Shown here: positions 51,604-64,000 of the stretch, piece by piece
Layout of the letters: the number at the start of each line of letters is the position of its first letter
Numbering within the stretch: the stretch's first letter is position 1
Assembly (NCBI RefSeq): GCF_006345805.1
Contig: NC_043007.1
Location: 11,532,001-11,596,000, forward strand
Direction of reading: 5' to 3'
Length of the DNA: 64,000 nt
Origin: Octopus sinensis
Taxonomy: Eukaryota
Made by a program: the position numbers and the translations under genes
Notes under the pieces: generated by a model
What the model was told of the DNA's origin: nothing
What the model saw: only the letters and a program-made list of their open reading frames with translations
Database searches by the model: none

Positions 51604-51830
51604 TATTTCTTTACTACCCACAAGGGGCTAAACACAGAGAGGACAAACAAGGACAGACAAACGGATTAAGTCGAATATATCGACCCCAGTGTGTAACTGG
51701 TACTTATTTAATCGACCCCGAAAGGATGAAAGGCAAAGTCGACCTCGGCGGAATTTGAACTCAGAATGTAGCGACAGACGAAATACCGCTAAGCATTTCA
51801 CCCAGCGTGCTAATGATTCTGCCAGCTCAC
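51604..51830 (-). mobile_element. SINE family B
   Basis: Full-length reverse copy. Confidence 0.85.
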
Positions 51831-52237
51831 TGCTGTTTATATCAGTCTTATTCAATATATAAATGGTAATATCTTTTCACAACTATAAATGCCAATAGGT
51901 ATTTATGCTGAATTCAATGCATATTTAATGTTTTATAAGTTCAGCACATGCTTGAGTTCTTGTAAATATGTGTGTGTGTGTGCATATATATATATATGTG
52001 GCATTACGAAGGGCATCCAGCCATAGAAACCATGCCACAGCAGACAGTTGGAGTCCAGACAGCTCCCTGCTAGTCAGCTCCGTGTCAAACTGTCCAAACC
52101 ATACCAGTATGGAGAGTGGATGTTAAATGATGATGATATTTATTATATATATAATATATTTATCATATATGTTATATATTTATTATATACATTATATATT
52201 TTATATGTCATATATTTATATTATATATATATATATA

Positions 52238-52397
52238 GGCGCAGGAGTTTCTGTGTGGTAAGTAGCTTGCTTACCAACCATATGGTTCCGGGTTTATTCC
52301 CACTGCGTGACACCTTGGGCAAGTGTCATCCACTAAAGCCTTGGGCTGACCAAAGCCTTGTGAGTGGATTTGGTAGGCGGAAACTGAAAGAAGCTCG

Positions 52398-52436
<39 letters not shown>

Positions 52437-52645
52437 TATGTATGTGTGTGTATATGTTTGTATGTCTGTTTGTTCTCCCAACATCACTTGACAACCGACG
52501 ATGGTGTGTTTACGTCACCGTAGCTTAGCAGTTTGGCAAAAAAGAGCAATAGAATAAGTACTAGGCTTACAAAGAATAAGTCCTTGGGGTCAATTTGTTC
52601 GACTAAAGGCGGTGCTCCAGCATGTCCACAGTCAAATGACTGAAA
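52238..52645 (+). mobile_element. SINE family A
   Basis: Full-length copy. Confidence 0.85.
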
Positions 52646-52767
52646 AAATAAAAGAGTAAAAGAGATATATATATATATATATATTTATATATATTACATA
52701 ATGAGTATGTATGTAATTGTCTGTTTATGTCCGTTTTCCACACTAGCTTCTGTGCATACATAATATC

Positions 52768-53453
52768 CTCACTGAGGAAATGACTAGAGACCGAGACCTC
52801 TGGAAGTGTGCTGTGCGCGAGAAGACCCGGCAGGACAAGTGAGTCCACAACCCGTGGCCTTCTACATGGGATGGAGCCAGCCTACGTATGCATACCTTCC
52901 CTTCTTGGGACACAAAACTCTACTTGTGAAGACGTGTTGAGGCAAGTGAGGATCAGAATCGAAATCGATCAATGGAAATTGCGGATGTGCTACCAGTGCC
53001 GGTGGCATGTCGAAACTCTGCTTGTGAAGACCCATTGAGGCAAGTGAGGATCAGAATCGAAATCGATCAATGGAAATCGATCAATGGAAATTGCAGATGT
53101 GTTACCAGTGCCGGTGGCATGTGAGAGAACTTTCCGTTTCGCGACTGTTGCCAGCACCGCCCCGTTTCGTGTCCGTTGCCAGCCTCGCCTGGCCCTCGTG
53201 CCGGTGGCACATAAAAAGCACCATCCGTTCGTGGCCGTTTGCCAGCTCTGTCTGGCACCAGTGCGGGTGGCACGTAAAAAGCACCCACTACACTCACGGA
53301 GTGGTTGGCGTTAGGAAGGGCATCCAGCCGTAGAAACACTGCCAGATTTGACTGGGCCTGATGAAGCCTTCTGGCTTCACAGACCCCAGTAGAACCGTCC
53401 AACCCATGCTAGCATGGAAAACGGACGCTAAATGATGATGATGATGATGATGA
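52768..53453 (+). mobile_element. 5'-truncated RTE LINE: last 24 codons plus complete about 610-bp 3' UTR
   Basis: LTEEMTRDRDLWKCAVREKTRQDK* (52768-52842), then internally repeated gtgccggtggcatgt units and a (GAT)n tail. Confidence 0.85.
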
Positions 53454-53459
53454 CAGCAA

Positions 53460-54080
53460 GTTTGGTCACCTAGGGAGTGAAATCTATTCACAAAAGCTAG
53501 GGAGACTTTTGTGCATTTGTAAGAATTCATTTTTTGCATACTATCACTGCTAATTACTCCTGCACATCTGCTATATGCAAAATTTTGTGCTCCCATGCTC
53601 CCATAGTTTATATTGGCCTTCTTTTCCCCGCTTTATTATTTTTTTCTGTATAACAAGAATTGGCAGTTCCAAGGTTACAACAGCAGACTCATCTTTGCTG
53701 CTAAGTGAAAATGTTGTTCTTTGCCAGCTTTACAGCTTTTCTTTAAGATCTCTGAAGTCTAGGTTTCACTTTGACATTTGGAATTTTATTTTCTAATTCT
53801 TAGATGAATTCTATAATAAGAACTAGCTAACTCTTGAAACACTTAGCCTGAAGAACTATCAGAAACAAGAGTGGGCTACAAACCGAGTCATAACAACCAC
53901 CTTCATTGATATTCAATTCTTCATTGAATTCATTCCTATCTCGCCTTGCCGACAACATCTGTGTACATACGTTGCATAGCTCCCACATGCTATTCATCCA
54001 TACTTAGTTTTTGTAATGAGCCCCAAACTGCATACAGAGGAGTATGAAAAGTTTGGGCATTGCATATTTGACGTTGGCTT
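53460..54080 (-). mobile_element. RTE LINE reverse-transcriptase remnant
   Basis: Minus strand VWGSLQKLSMDE*HVGAMQRMYTDVVGKAR...NEFNEELNINEG..DSVCSPLLFLIVLQA...ELENKFQ matches RTE RT subdomains 3-5. Confidence 0.75.
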
Positions 54081-54124
54081 GTTTGGCATCAGGCGTTTCA
54101 ATGTTTTTCTAGTTCCCTCCTTCC

Positions 54125-54160
<36 letters not shown>

Positions 54161-54193
54161 TTATGTGTGTGAAGAGAGGGAAAGTGTTTATAT

Positions 54194-54421
54194 CTATTTC
54201 TTTATTGCCCGCAGGGGGCTAAACACAGAGGAAACAAACAAGGACAGACAAAGGGATTAAGTCGATTATATCGACCCCAGTGCATAACTGGTACTTATTT
54301 AATCGACCCTGAAAGGATGAAAGGCAAAGTCGACCTTGGCAGAATTTGAACTCAGAACATAGCAGCAGATGTAATACCGCTAAGCATTTCGCCCGGCGTG
54401 CTAACGATTCTGCCAGCTCAC
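54194..54421 (-). mobile_element. SINE family B
   Basis: Full-length reverse copy sharing flank with the 51604 copy. Confidence 0.85.
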
Positions 54422-54495
54422 TGCTGTTCATTTCAGTCTTATTCAATTCATAAATGGTAATATCTTTTCACAACTATAAATGCCAATAGGCATTT

Positions 54496-54850
54496 ATGGT
54501 TGTGAAGCATGGACTCTGAACAAATTTGAAGAGAGCATAATCGATGCATTTGAAATGTGGATGTATACGAGAATGTTACGCATCTCTTAAAGGATCATCA
54601 TACAAATGAAAGGTGTTGCGACAGGTAGGCGAAAGATGACAACACCTGAACATTGTGTAAAACAAAAACAGAAGCTTGTCTATTATGGCCGTATTCAAAG
54701 GAGCAGCGGTTTGGCAAGCATTATCATGGATGGAAGAATGGAGGATGGTAGATCAAAAGGCAGGCAAAGAATGCAGTGGATAGGCAATATCATAAGCTGG
54801 TTGGACAAGCATGGCAAAGAAGCTGGAGAAAACATGCTTAATTAGGAAGA
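54496..54850 (+). mobile_element. RTE-BovB-type LINE C-terminal remnant
   Basis: YGCEAWTLNKFEESIIDAFEMWMYTRMLRIS...KLVYYGRIQR...IMDGRMEDGRSKGRQRMQWIGNI. Confidence 0.85.
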
Positions 54851-54912
54851 CTTTTGTTGTAATGTCATCAATACATAGCAAGCATACAATACATGACAAT
54901 GAACATCTCTCC

Positions 54913-54953
<41 letters not shown>

Positions 54954-54967
54954 TGTATGTGTATATT

Positions 54968-55386
54968 TCTTATTTCTTTACTGCCCACAAGGGGCTACAC
55001 ACAGAGGGGACAAACAAGGACAGACAAACGGATTAAGTCGCTTACATCGATCCCCCAGTGCATAACTGGTACTTATTTAATCGACCCTGAAAGGATGAAA
55101 GGCAAAATCGACCTCGGCAGAATTTGAACTCAGATGTAGTGGCAGATGAAATACTTATTTCTTTACTACCCACAAGGGGCTACACACAGGGGACAAACAA
55201 AGACAAGCAAACGGATTAAGTCGATTATATCGACCCCAGTGCGTAACTAGTACTTATTTAATCAACTCTGAATGGATGAAAGGCAAAGTCGACCTCGGCG
55301 GAATTTGAACTCAGAACGTAGCGGCAGATGAAATACCGCTAAGCATTTCGCCCGGCATGCTAACTATTCTGCCAGCTCGCCACCTT
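54968..55386 (-). mobile_element. Two tandem SINE family B copies
   Basis: The tail-to-core block occurs twice (54968-55150 and 55156-55386). Confidence 0.8.
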
Positions 55387-55439
55387 ATATGTATATTTCT
55401 ATGATCATGTGTGTTGTTTTATTCTGTACAGTGCAATAC

Positions 55440-55660
55440 CCTGACAAAGGCTTTCTCTTGTGGCTTGCTTTTTGTTGAGAACTTTAATAGTTCTCTCATA
55501 AGGAAGATAGCGTCAATGGTACCTCTACCCTGATCCAAACTCAAATTCCATCTTATTTAATGTAATTTTCTTCTAAATTAGTTGTGCTATAATGCTTTTC
55601 CCATCAATTCAATGTTTTTGTAGCTAAATTCTCAAGCATCTCCTTTGCCCTTGTAGTCAT
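55440..55660 (-). mobile_element. RTE LINE RT N-terminal remnant
   Basis: Minus strand KMEFEFGSG.GTIDAIFLMRELLKFSTKSKPQEKAFVRV resembles MQFGF..GRGT.DAIF..RQL.EK...AFVD.EKAFDRV. Confidence 0.65.
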
Positions 55661-55670
55661 AGATAGTTCT

Positions 55671-56055
55671 GGAGGCGCAATGGCCCAGTGGTTAGGGCAG
55701 TGGACTCGTGGTCATAGGATCGCGGTTTCGATTCCCAGACCGGGCGTTGTGAGTGTTTATTGAGCGAAAAAACACCTAAAACTCCACGAGGCTCCGGCAG
55801 GGGATGGTGGTGATCCCTGCTGTACTCTTTCACCACAACTTTCTCTCACTCTTACTTCCTGTTTCTGTTGTACCTGTATTTCAAAGGGCCGGCCTTGTCA
55901 CTCTCTGTGTCACGCTGAATATCCCCGAGAACTACGTTAAGGGTACACGTGTCTGTGGAGTGCTCAGCCACTTACACGTTAATTTCACGAGCAGGCTGTT
56001 CCGTTGATTCGGATCAACCGGAACCCTCGTCGTTGTAACTGACGGAGTGCTTCCA
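55671..56055 (+). mobile_element. tRNA-derived SINE family D (young)
   Basis: Full length; 10-bp TSD agatagttct at 55661-55670 and 56059-56068. Confidence 0.92.
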
Positions 56056-56284
56056 CCCAGATAGTTCTATTGCTATGCCTATCATAAGATATGAACTCAT
56101 CCTACACTACCTGATTAACTCTGCAAGCCCTTCTTTGCTAGATATTTTCAATACTTCTAACTATCCTTGACGTTCTCCCTGCCTTCATATTCCCATAGGC
56201 ACAGGAACCAAGCATACTTAATTCTTGTATATTTGCACTCGAGACACAGGCATTGGGTTTATTCATTTTTGATGGTGAGATACT

Positions 56285-56685
56285 TACTCTTCTAATTGTT
56301 TCAGTCATTTGACTGTGGCCATGCTGGAGCACCGCATTTTAGTCGAGCAAATCGACCCCAGGACTTATTCTTTGTAAGCCTAGTACTTATTCTATCGGTC
56401 TCTTTTGCCGAACCACTAAGTTACGAGGACGTAAACACACCAGCATCCATTGTCAAGCGATGTTGGTGGGACAAACATAGACACACAAACACACACACAA
56501 GCACACACACACACACATATATATACGATGGGCTTCTTTCAGTTTCCATCTACCAAATCCACTCACAAGGTATTGGTCGGCCCGAGGCTAGAGTAGAAGA
56601 GACTTGCCCAAGGTGCCATGCAGTGGGACTGAACCCAGAACCATGTGGTTCGTAAGCAAGCTACTTACCACACAGCCACTCCTAT
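56285..56685 (-). mobile_element. SINE family A
   Basis: Full-length reverse copy. Confidence 0.85.
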
Positions 56686-57017
56686 GACTACATTAAAAAA
56701 TGTTGATGATGTATTTCCAAGAGAAACTGGAGAGTAAGTATACTTAGCAAAATGAGATGTGGAAAGGAAGAGGTTTGCCAATGTTCTGTCATGTATGTGT
56801 GTATTGAGGGGGAAAAGGTCAACCAGCCATAGAAAACATGCCAAAATGCTTAAAACATACACGACATGGACTCAGCTAGGTAAATTGTAGCCTTCTCAAC
56901 TACAAGAATTCAAAATAAAACTGATATATTTAGTTCTTCTAATATGGGATCACCTATCTTACCTGTCTTGTACCAATGATCTCATAAAAACATTGGAACC
57001 TGTCTATATATACTTAT

Positions 57018-57249
57018 ATATTTCTTTACTACCCACAAGGGGCTAAACACAGAGGGGACAAACAAGGACAGATAAATGGATTAAGTCGATTACATCGACC
57101 CCAGTGCGTAACTGGTACTTAATTTATCGACCCCGAAAGGATGAAAGGCAAAGTCGACCTCGGCGGAATTTGAACTCAGAACGTAACGCCAGACGAAATA
57201 CAGCTACGCATTTCGCCCGGCATGCTAACGATTCTGCCAGCTCGCCGCC
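57018..57249 (-). mobile_element. SINE family B
   Basis: Full-length reverse copy. Confidence 0.87.
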
Positions 57250-57521
57250 TGTCTATATATACTTATATATTGTCTGTATGTGCTTGTATACACATGCTAT
57301 GTATGCGTACTATGTTTTGCATATATGTGTATGTACATATGTTTTTTGGATAGGTGCAGGTATGGCTGTGTGGTAAGAAGCTTGATTCCCAACCACGTGG
57401 GTCCGAGTTCAGTTCCACTGTGTGGCACCTTGCACAAGTGTCTTCTACTACAGACTTGATCTGATCAAAGCCTTGTGAATGGATTTGGGAGATGGAAACT
57501 AAAAGAAGCCCATTGTGTATG

Positions 57522-57575
<54 letters not shown>

Positions 57576-57580
57576 CACAC

Positions 57581-57631
<51 letters not shown>

Positions 57632-57665
57632 CACACATATATATATATATATATACACACATATA

Positions 57666-57724
<59 letters not shown>

Positions 57725-57725
57725 A

Positions 57726-57756
<31 letters not shown>

Positions 57757-57973
57757 ATGAGGAGATGCTGAGAAATTTCTGGTTTTGGGTAAAAGAAAAT
57801 ACAGGATGATCAGTTAATTATGATTTTATTCAACATATTTTTCTTTCAAATTAACACACTTTTTGCAGTGGTCCTCCAGTTTTTCTAAGCCTTGGAAGAT
57901 TGAGCTTCCAAACAGGCCTTTCGCAATACCTGTAAAGCCCTTAAAACCAGGAACTTTTCAGCATCCCCTCGTA
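57757..57973. mobile_element. mariner-type MITE
   Basis: TIRs atgaggagatgctgagaaatttctggtttt and aaaaccaggaacttttcagcatcccctcgta. Confidence 0.75.
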
Positions 57974-58129
57974 TATATATATTCTAGGAAGTTAAAAGTT
58001 CTGGCCAGTTCATAGAGTGACCATTGGTAAAGCGCTTAGCCAAATAGGCGACTCGCCACACACAAATGTCCAAAGGCACATAAATGATACGTATATGTGT
58101 GTGTGTGTGTGTATTTACAATGTATGTAT

Positions 58130-58307
58130 AGGCATAGGAGTGGCTGTGTGGTAAGTAGCTTGCTTACCAACCACATGGTTCCGGGTTCATTCCCGCTGCC
58201 TGGCACCTTGTGCAAGTGTCTTCTACTATAGCCTCAGGCTGACCAAAGCCTTGTGAGTGGATCTGGTAGACAGAAACTGAAAGAAGCCTGTCGTATATAT
58301 GTGTGTG

Positions 58308-58340
<33 letters not shown>

Positions 58341-58545
58341 GTATGTGTGTCTGTGTTTGTCTCCCCAACATCGCTTGACAACCGATGCTGGTGTGTTTAC
58401 GTCCCCGTAACTTAACGGTTCGTCAAAAGAGACCGATAGAATAAGTACTAGGCTTACAAAGAATAAGTCCTAGGGTTGATTTGCTTGACTAAAGGCGGTG
58501 CTCCAGCATGGCCACAGTCAAATGGCTGAAACAAGTAAAAGAGTA
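58130..58545 (+). mobile_element. SINE family A
   Basis: Full-length copy; a second tail fragment follows at 58620-58700. Confidence 0.85.
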
Positions 58546-58551
58546 ATATAT

Positions 58552-58587
<36 letters not shown>

Positions 58588-59116
58588 ATATACATATATG
58601 TCTCTATATATGTATATGCAAGTCCCAGGGTCGATTTGCGCGATTAAAGGCGGTGCTCCAGCATGGCCGCAGTCAAATGACTGAAACAAGTAAAACAGTA
58701 ATATGTATATATGTAGGTATATATATATATATATATATATTGTGTATGCCTGTATTTGTGTCTCTGAAGCAGCCCTATTGTAGAAACTATCTCCTGCTTC
58801 AAGCTTAAGGGTTTAGTGACCTTAGTGAAGTGAAACGGTGGGAGGGTGAGAGGGATGTTGTCCTCCTTTCCCCTCTCTCCCTCCTCTCATTCCTCTCTGT
58901 TACCACTCCTCCCACATCAGCACAGATATTTTATGTGGCTTTCATTTCTTTATGGCAATCTCCATAGCTATTGCGATTTAGTGCGTGTGCACACTTAATG
59001 ACTCTATGTATGTATGTATGTATGTTTGTATGTAATGCAAATGTTAGCTCGCAGTCTGTGTTCATCATAACAATGTTAAAAGGAAGATAACATTCTTCTC
59101 GGTAGGAACAAAATAC

Positions 59117-59535
59117 GGATCTTTTCGGTTTGAACGGCAGTTTTTTTTCTAGCGGTGTCATATGAAATTGTCACCCATAATTATGACCCTAGTATCGATC
59201 TATTGCATTTCAATCTGTTTTAGGGTTAGGGGTGGGGGGAAGGGTATCTTTTTTTTCTTCACAAATGTAAATAAACCCAATCTGTTTCTTAAACGAGGGA
59301 CATATTCATACGGCACAGAATTTTTTTTACCCCAATGGACGTCATTGATTGGTTGAAATTGCAGAAATTGAAGAAAAAAAAACCCAGCAAATATCTTACA
59401 AACCATAGAATTTTCTCAATAAAGCCAAGAGAAAAAAGATGTTTTATAAACACATTCTACCAGTATACGAAGTTTAAAATTTTTTTAGTTACCTAGAAAT
59501 TATGTTAAAAACTGCCGTTCAAACCGAAAAGATCC
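59117..59535. mobile_element. Non-autonomous DNA transposon, 29-bp perfect TIR and 8-bp TSD (Merlin- or hAT-like)
   Basis: TIRs ggatcttttcggtttgaacggcagttttt and aaaaactgccgttcaaaccgaaaagatcc; TSD caaaatac at 59109-59116 and 59536-59543. Confidence 0.92.
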
Positions 59536-59870
59536 CAAAATACCAGTAATTAGCGAGTATGACGGTTATATGATACCCCACCTTTATTTCAAGTACTTCT
59601 AGTGTGCTTCTCTTGACATTGTATTCCCCCCTCTACTACTACTACTACTAATAGTCAGTCTGTTTATGTAGTTCCCCGACTTACCTACTCCCTTCAAAAA
59701 CCCTCTTGTTTACTACTTGTTCATTCTTGTCTATAATGTCTATGTTACTCCTACTTCTTGCTGTGTCTCTTTTGTAAAGAGCTATCTCCTTATACAAATG
59801 TGTGTATGTGTGTGTTATTGTGTCTGGGGAGAGTCATTAAAAAACGAAATATCTACATATATCCTATATA

Positions 59871-59928
<58 letters not shown>

Positions 59929-59959
59929 CACACACACACACCAAATACGTGTGTGTGCA

Positions 59960-59998
<39 letters not shown>

Positions 59999-60100
59999 AT
60001 CTATCTATCTATAATCTATCTATCTTTCTACCTATCTATCTTTCTACCTATCTATCTTTCTATCTATCTATCTATCTTTCTATCTATCTATCTATATATC

Positions 60101-60152
<52 letters not shown>

Positions 60153-60346
60153 TATACATACACGTATATGTATTTGCATATGCCTATACAAAAACACACA
60201 ACAAACACATTGTGTGTGCAAATGCTGTGCTTATCTCTTCCTGATAACTTTGCTTTCTCATGTCACCGAGTTCTACGTTTAAAACCCCCCGTGTGCCTCA
60301 GGTGTGTGCAATTTGTATCTATAAAACAGAATACAAATATATATAT

Positions 60347-60381
<35 letters not shown>

Positions 60382-60402
60382 GATAGATAGATAGATACAT
60401 AC

Positions 60403-60436
<34 letters not shown>

Positions 60437-62136
60437 GTATGTAATATACATACACGCATGTACACACATATATGTATATACATATATGTTTATATGCAAA
60501 TATATGTATGCATGTGCGTGTGTGTGTATATTAATGTGTACGTATTATTGTACCATTAATAAACATCGCTGCCTCGTCTGTCAATCAATATCTTTGTGTT
60601 GTGGAAACAAAGAATTCATCGGAACCCTCTGGCCAACTTGGAACCATTTAACCATCACTTTTTATAGATAACAATCAGCGTGGAAGACCAACTAATATTT
60701 TTTTGCTGGGTTTTCCTGATTACTAAAGGAAACTGAATGTTTTAAATCTTGATCGCTTTACATGTGAGGAACAGATATATTTATGCTTTTAATATTTATT
60801 TTCGTCTCTAACCAGCTATCGACAGATTACTAAATAGCTAGCTGGTTGGATCTGCCGAATTCCCCTCCTCCACAATGCCTCTTCGTTCTCATTTTCCAAC
60901 ATCCCTTTCTCTTTCTTCTTTCTTTCTTTCTTTCTCCCCCACTTCTCTGTGTGTGTCTCTCTCTCTCTCTCTATCTTCATATTGCTAGAATTCTGTCGCT
61001 TTCTGACTTTGAAATGGATCGATAAAACCTCCTTTCGGAGAGCACCCAGTGACATCAGATGATGATGATAGCAGCGTAAGTGGGACAGGAGACACAAGAT
61101 GTTGGTGGTTATGAAATATCTGGGGCACACACATGCACAAACACGCATGCACCCATGCATACGTACGCATTTACTAATCCATACAAGGAACGTACACCAT
61201 GTGTGTATATGTGTGTGTGTGTGTGAGTGAGAGAGAGAGAGAGAGAGATAAGAGAGCAAATTATTTAGACGGGCGGAGGATATGGTTATGTTGGATGTAC
61301 TAAGCTTAATGGAAATAGGTGACGAGTAATTTAGTGATTACTGTGCTAAGATTAAACACATACATACACATACAAACACACACACTGCTCACACACGAGG
61401 TATTCTCGCTTCAGTAACTACAACCACCACGCCATAATGTCCCGTTATTACTCAGGTATTTAGCGATATAAATGGGACAATTTTTTTTTTTTTATTGAAC
61501 TATTCCAGTTAGCCGTGTCCCAGAATTTCCGTTTATATATATTCTTTTTAGCAATAACACAATCAACCTCCTTTAACCTTTAAAGGACAAAGTAAAGTAT
61601 CCTTAAAGATGATTTTTGGAATTTTTGGAAATCTAATTAGAGACCTGTCTCCTTTCGGAAACCTTCTGATCCATTTTTATGTCTCATAGAATATTTTTCA
61701 TTTTTTTTCCTCTCTATAAATTTTTGTTTTCTTCTTCTTAGAATTTCTCTTTCTGAATCAGTGTTTTGAATTAAGATCACAGAAGTCTAGATTATACGGT
61801 GCTATAGGAATGGTACGCTTTACTGAATGCTTTGTTCTTAATTGGGAACTTATCGGAGTGATGGGAGCTATGGAGTACCTGCAGATTGCTTCTCCGCTCT
61901 CATTTACTGTAGTGGCTTAATTTAATAATCGCTTGGAAAAAAAAAAAAAAGTTCTTCGAAAAAAAAAAAAAAAAAGAAATTAACATGTGGTAAGAAGTTT
62001 GCTTTCCAGCCATGTGGTTCTGAGTTCAGTCCCGCTGCGTGGCACCTTGGGCAAGTGCCTTCTACTATAGCCTCGGGCCAACCAAAGCCTTGTGAGTAGA
62101 TTCGGTTGACGGAAAATGAAAGCCCATGTGTATGTG

Positions 62137-62180
<44 letters not shown>

Positions 62181-62189
62181 TATATATAG

Positions 62190-62405
62190 ATATATTCTTT
62201 TCTACTCTAGGCACAAGGCCCGAAATTTTGGGGGAGGGGACTAGACGATTAGATCGATCACAGTATGCAACTGGTACTTAATTTATCGACCCCGAAAGGA
62301 TGAAAGGCAAAGTCGACCTCGGTGGAATTTGAACTCAGAACGTAAATACAGATGAATTGCCGCTAAGTATTTCGCCCAGCATGCTAACCTTCTGCCAGCT
62401 CGCCA
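62190..62405 (-). mobile_element. SINE family B variant
   Basis: Reverse copy with the alternative tail ttctactctaggcacaaggcccgaaattttgggg. Confidence 0.75.
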
Positions 62406-62626
62406 CACACACACATATATGGGGAATGCCAGTTTATGGGATTACCTTAGGTTTCCCGTCCATAAAGGGTTAGGCTTAGGGCATGGACCTCATCAAAATA
62501 TGGAGGGGGAGATGCTGCGCTACTCAAAGAAAACGACTGGGGTCTGTCTCTCCATTTTTTAATATATACTGCTCTACATCTTAGAGTGTGCCTCCTTTTT
62601 GGGATGTATATTTTCTACAAAAGATA

Positions 62627-62820
62627 TCATCATCATCCAGTGTTTTAAATCCGGGTTTTGTCCCCGTTAACGGGCGTGGCCGGATCTACTTCATTGCCAT
62701 AGCAACCGCCCTCACACCATCTCGCCAACTTGCCCAGGTTTGGGCGATCTCCCTTCTCAAGCCAACCCTCCCAATTTCCTCCTCCGCGTTTTCCTCGGTC
62801 TACCTCGCTTTCGCTTTCTA
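62627..62820 (-). mobile_element. RTE LINE 3' end
   Basis: Minus strand RKRKRGRPRKTRRR followed by a short UTR and (GAT)n tail. Confidence 0.6.
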
Positions 62821-62821
62821 C

Positions 62822-62869
<48 letters not shown>

Positions 62870-64000
62870 ACCTTGTTTACTGTGGTCAGGTGCACTACAA
62901 CACACACACACACACACAGAAAAACGACAGGGGCGGAGGACATCAGGTGTACTGTTGGCGAATTTCAGGAACCATGGAATTTTTGAAGGATGTAGTGTCT
63001 CGACAGCTATGATGGGCTTCTTTCAATTTCCGTCTACCAAATCTACTAAGACGTGTGTGTGTGTGTGCGTGTTGCCCCCCCCCCACCACAACCACATGAC
63101 AACCACTATTGGCATGTTCATGTCCCCCGGAACCTAGCAGTTTGGCAAAAGAGACTAATAGAATAACTACCAGGCTTAAAAAAATAAATACTGGGAATCG
63201 ATTCATTCGACTAAAATTCGCCAAGGCTGTGCCCCAGCATGGCCATAGTCGAATGACTGAAACAAGTAAAAAAGAACAATAAAAGAATAGTTTTCTTTCT
63301 CCTTAATTCTAATACCTCGTACCTAATTAAGAAATAATAAAATTAATTATATATCGTAAATTGGTACACTCTCTTTATTAGCAGATTTCTAGACTAGTTT
63401 TCCAACTCGTAACTAAAGACGATTTTTTTTTTGTATTTTATATATTTCTTTTCTTTTTCCTTCCTTTCTTTTCTTTCTTTTTTCTTTCTCTCTTTTTTTT
63501 TTTTTTTGCAGAAACTATGTTGTGTGTAACGATATGTACTTAATATTGTTGTATCGAAGCAGGAAGGGAACTTGGGAGTTTCAATCAGATAAGAAGGGTG
63601 AGAGATAAGTGAGGGGGCTGGTGCGGTTAATATTATTTAAGAAATGAAATTAATGTTGCAGATTACATGATGGAGGGAGGAAAAGACAGAGAGCGAAAGA
63701 AGAAGCGAGTGAGAGATAGATAGATAGATAGATAGATAGAAAGAAAGAGAGTGAGGTAGTTTGAAAAGTGCAACAATCTTCAGAGAGAACGTTATGTCTG
63801 ATGCAGGATTTAGAGAACGAAGAATAACACTGAAGGAATAAACCAGAGATAGACGAGTGTATTAAATGAACTCTAGTGAAGTGGGATAGCAGTAATAAGA
63901 GGGAGAAGACACAATACGATGCGGAGGAGTGTGTGGGCAGAGACTGAAGAAGTATTTTAAGAAAAACAATGCGTATAGGTTAGGATGATGACTATGATCT

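Noticed and set aside
53848-53875. CTGAAGA...GAAAC hammerhead-like match
   Set aside because: No stem II pairing; it is the antisense of RTE RT codons SPLLFLIVLQA.
59220-59231. TTAGGGTTAGGG interstitial telomere
   Set aside because: Only two units, lying inside the MITE body.
42740-64000. Candidate exon 2 of the C16orf89-like gene
   Set aside because: Coding-like stretches examined turned out to be RTE remnants; no phase-1 acceptor with C16orf89-like translation was recognised by eye.

Overview
Eukaryotic, very repeat-rich DNA. The SINE/LINE families and microsatellite load look like an Octopus genome (inferred from recalled repeat families, not from a search). Only one host coding exon is supportable: the first coding exon of a C16orf89 (UPF0764)-like secreted protein at 42550-42739 (+). 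It is followed by an intron in which I could not recognise exon 2 (at least 21 kb if the gene continues). Nearly all ORFs in the supplied track are microsatellite translations. The rest is a mosaic of tRNA-derived SINEs, decayed RTE, CR1 and Dong/R4-like LINEs, two mariner relics, MITEs and two non-autonomous Helitrons. The main signal not explained by the ORF track is about ten type I hammerhead-ribozyme-like motifs from several unrelated short non-coding elements next to (TA)n tracts. All three long foldback palindromes in the window (18.4, 28.8 and 49.8-50.15 kb) are built on these motifs, with the ribozymes pointing outward. This resembles Penelope-like retroelement pLTR hammerheads. No Penelope ORF is visible and no activity is demonstrated. 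Repeat boundaries were read by eye and are approximate unless a TSD or TIR is quoted.
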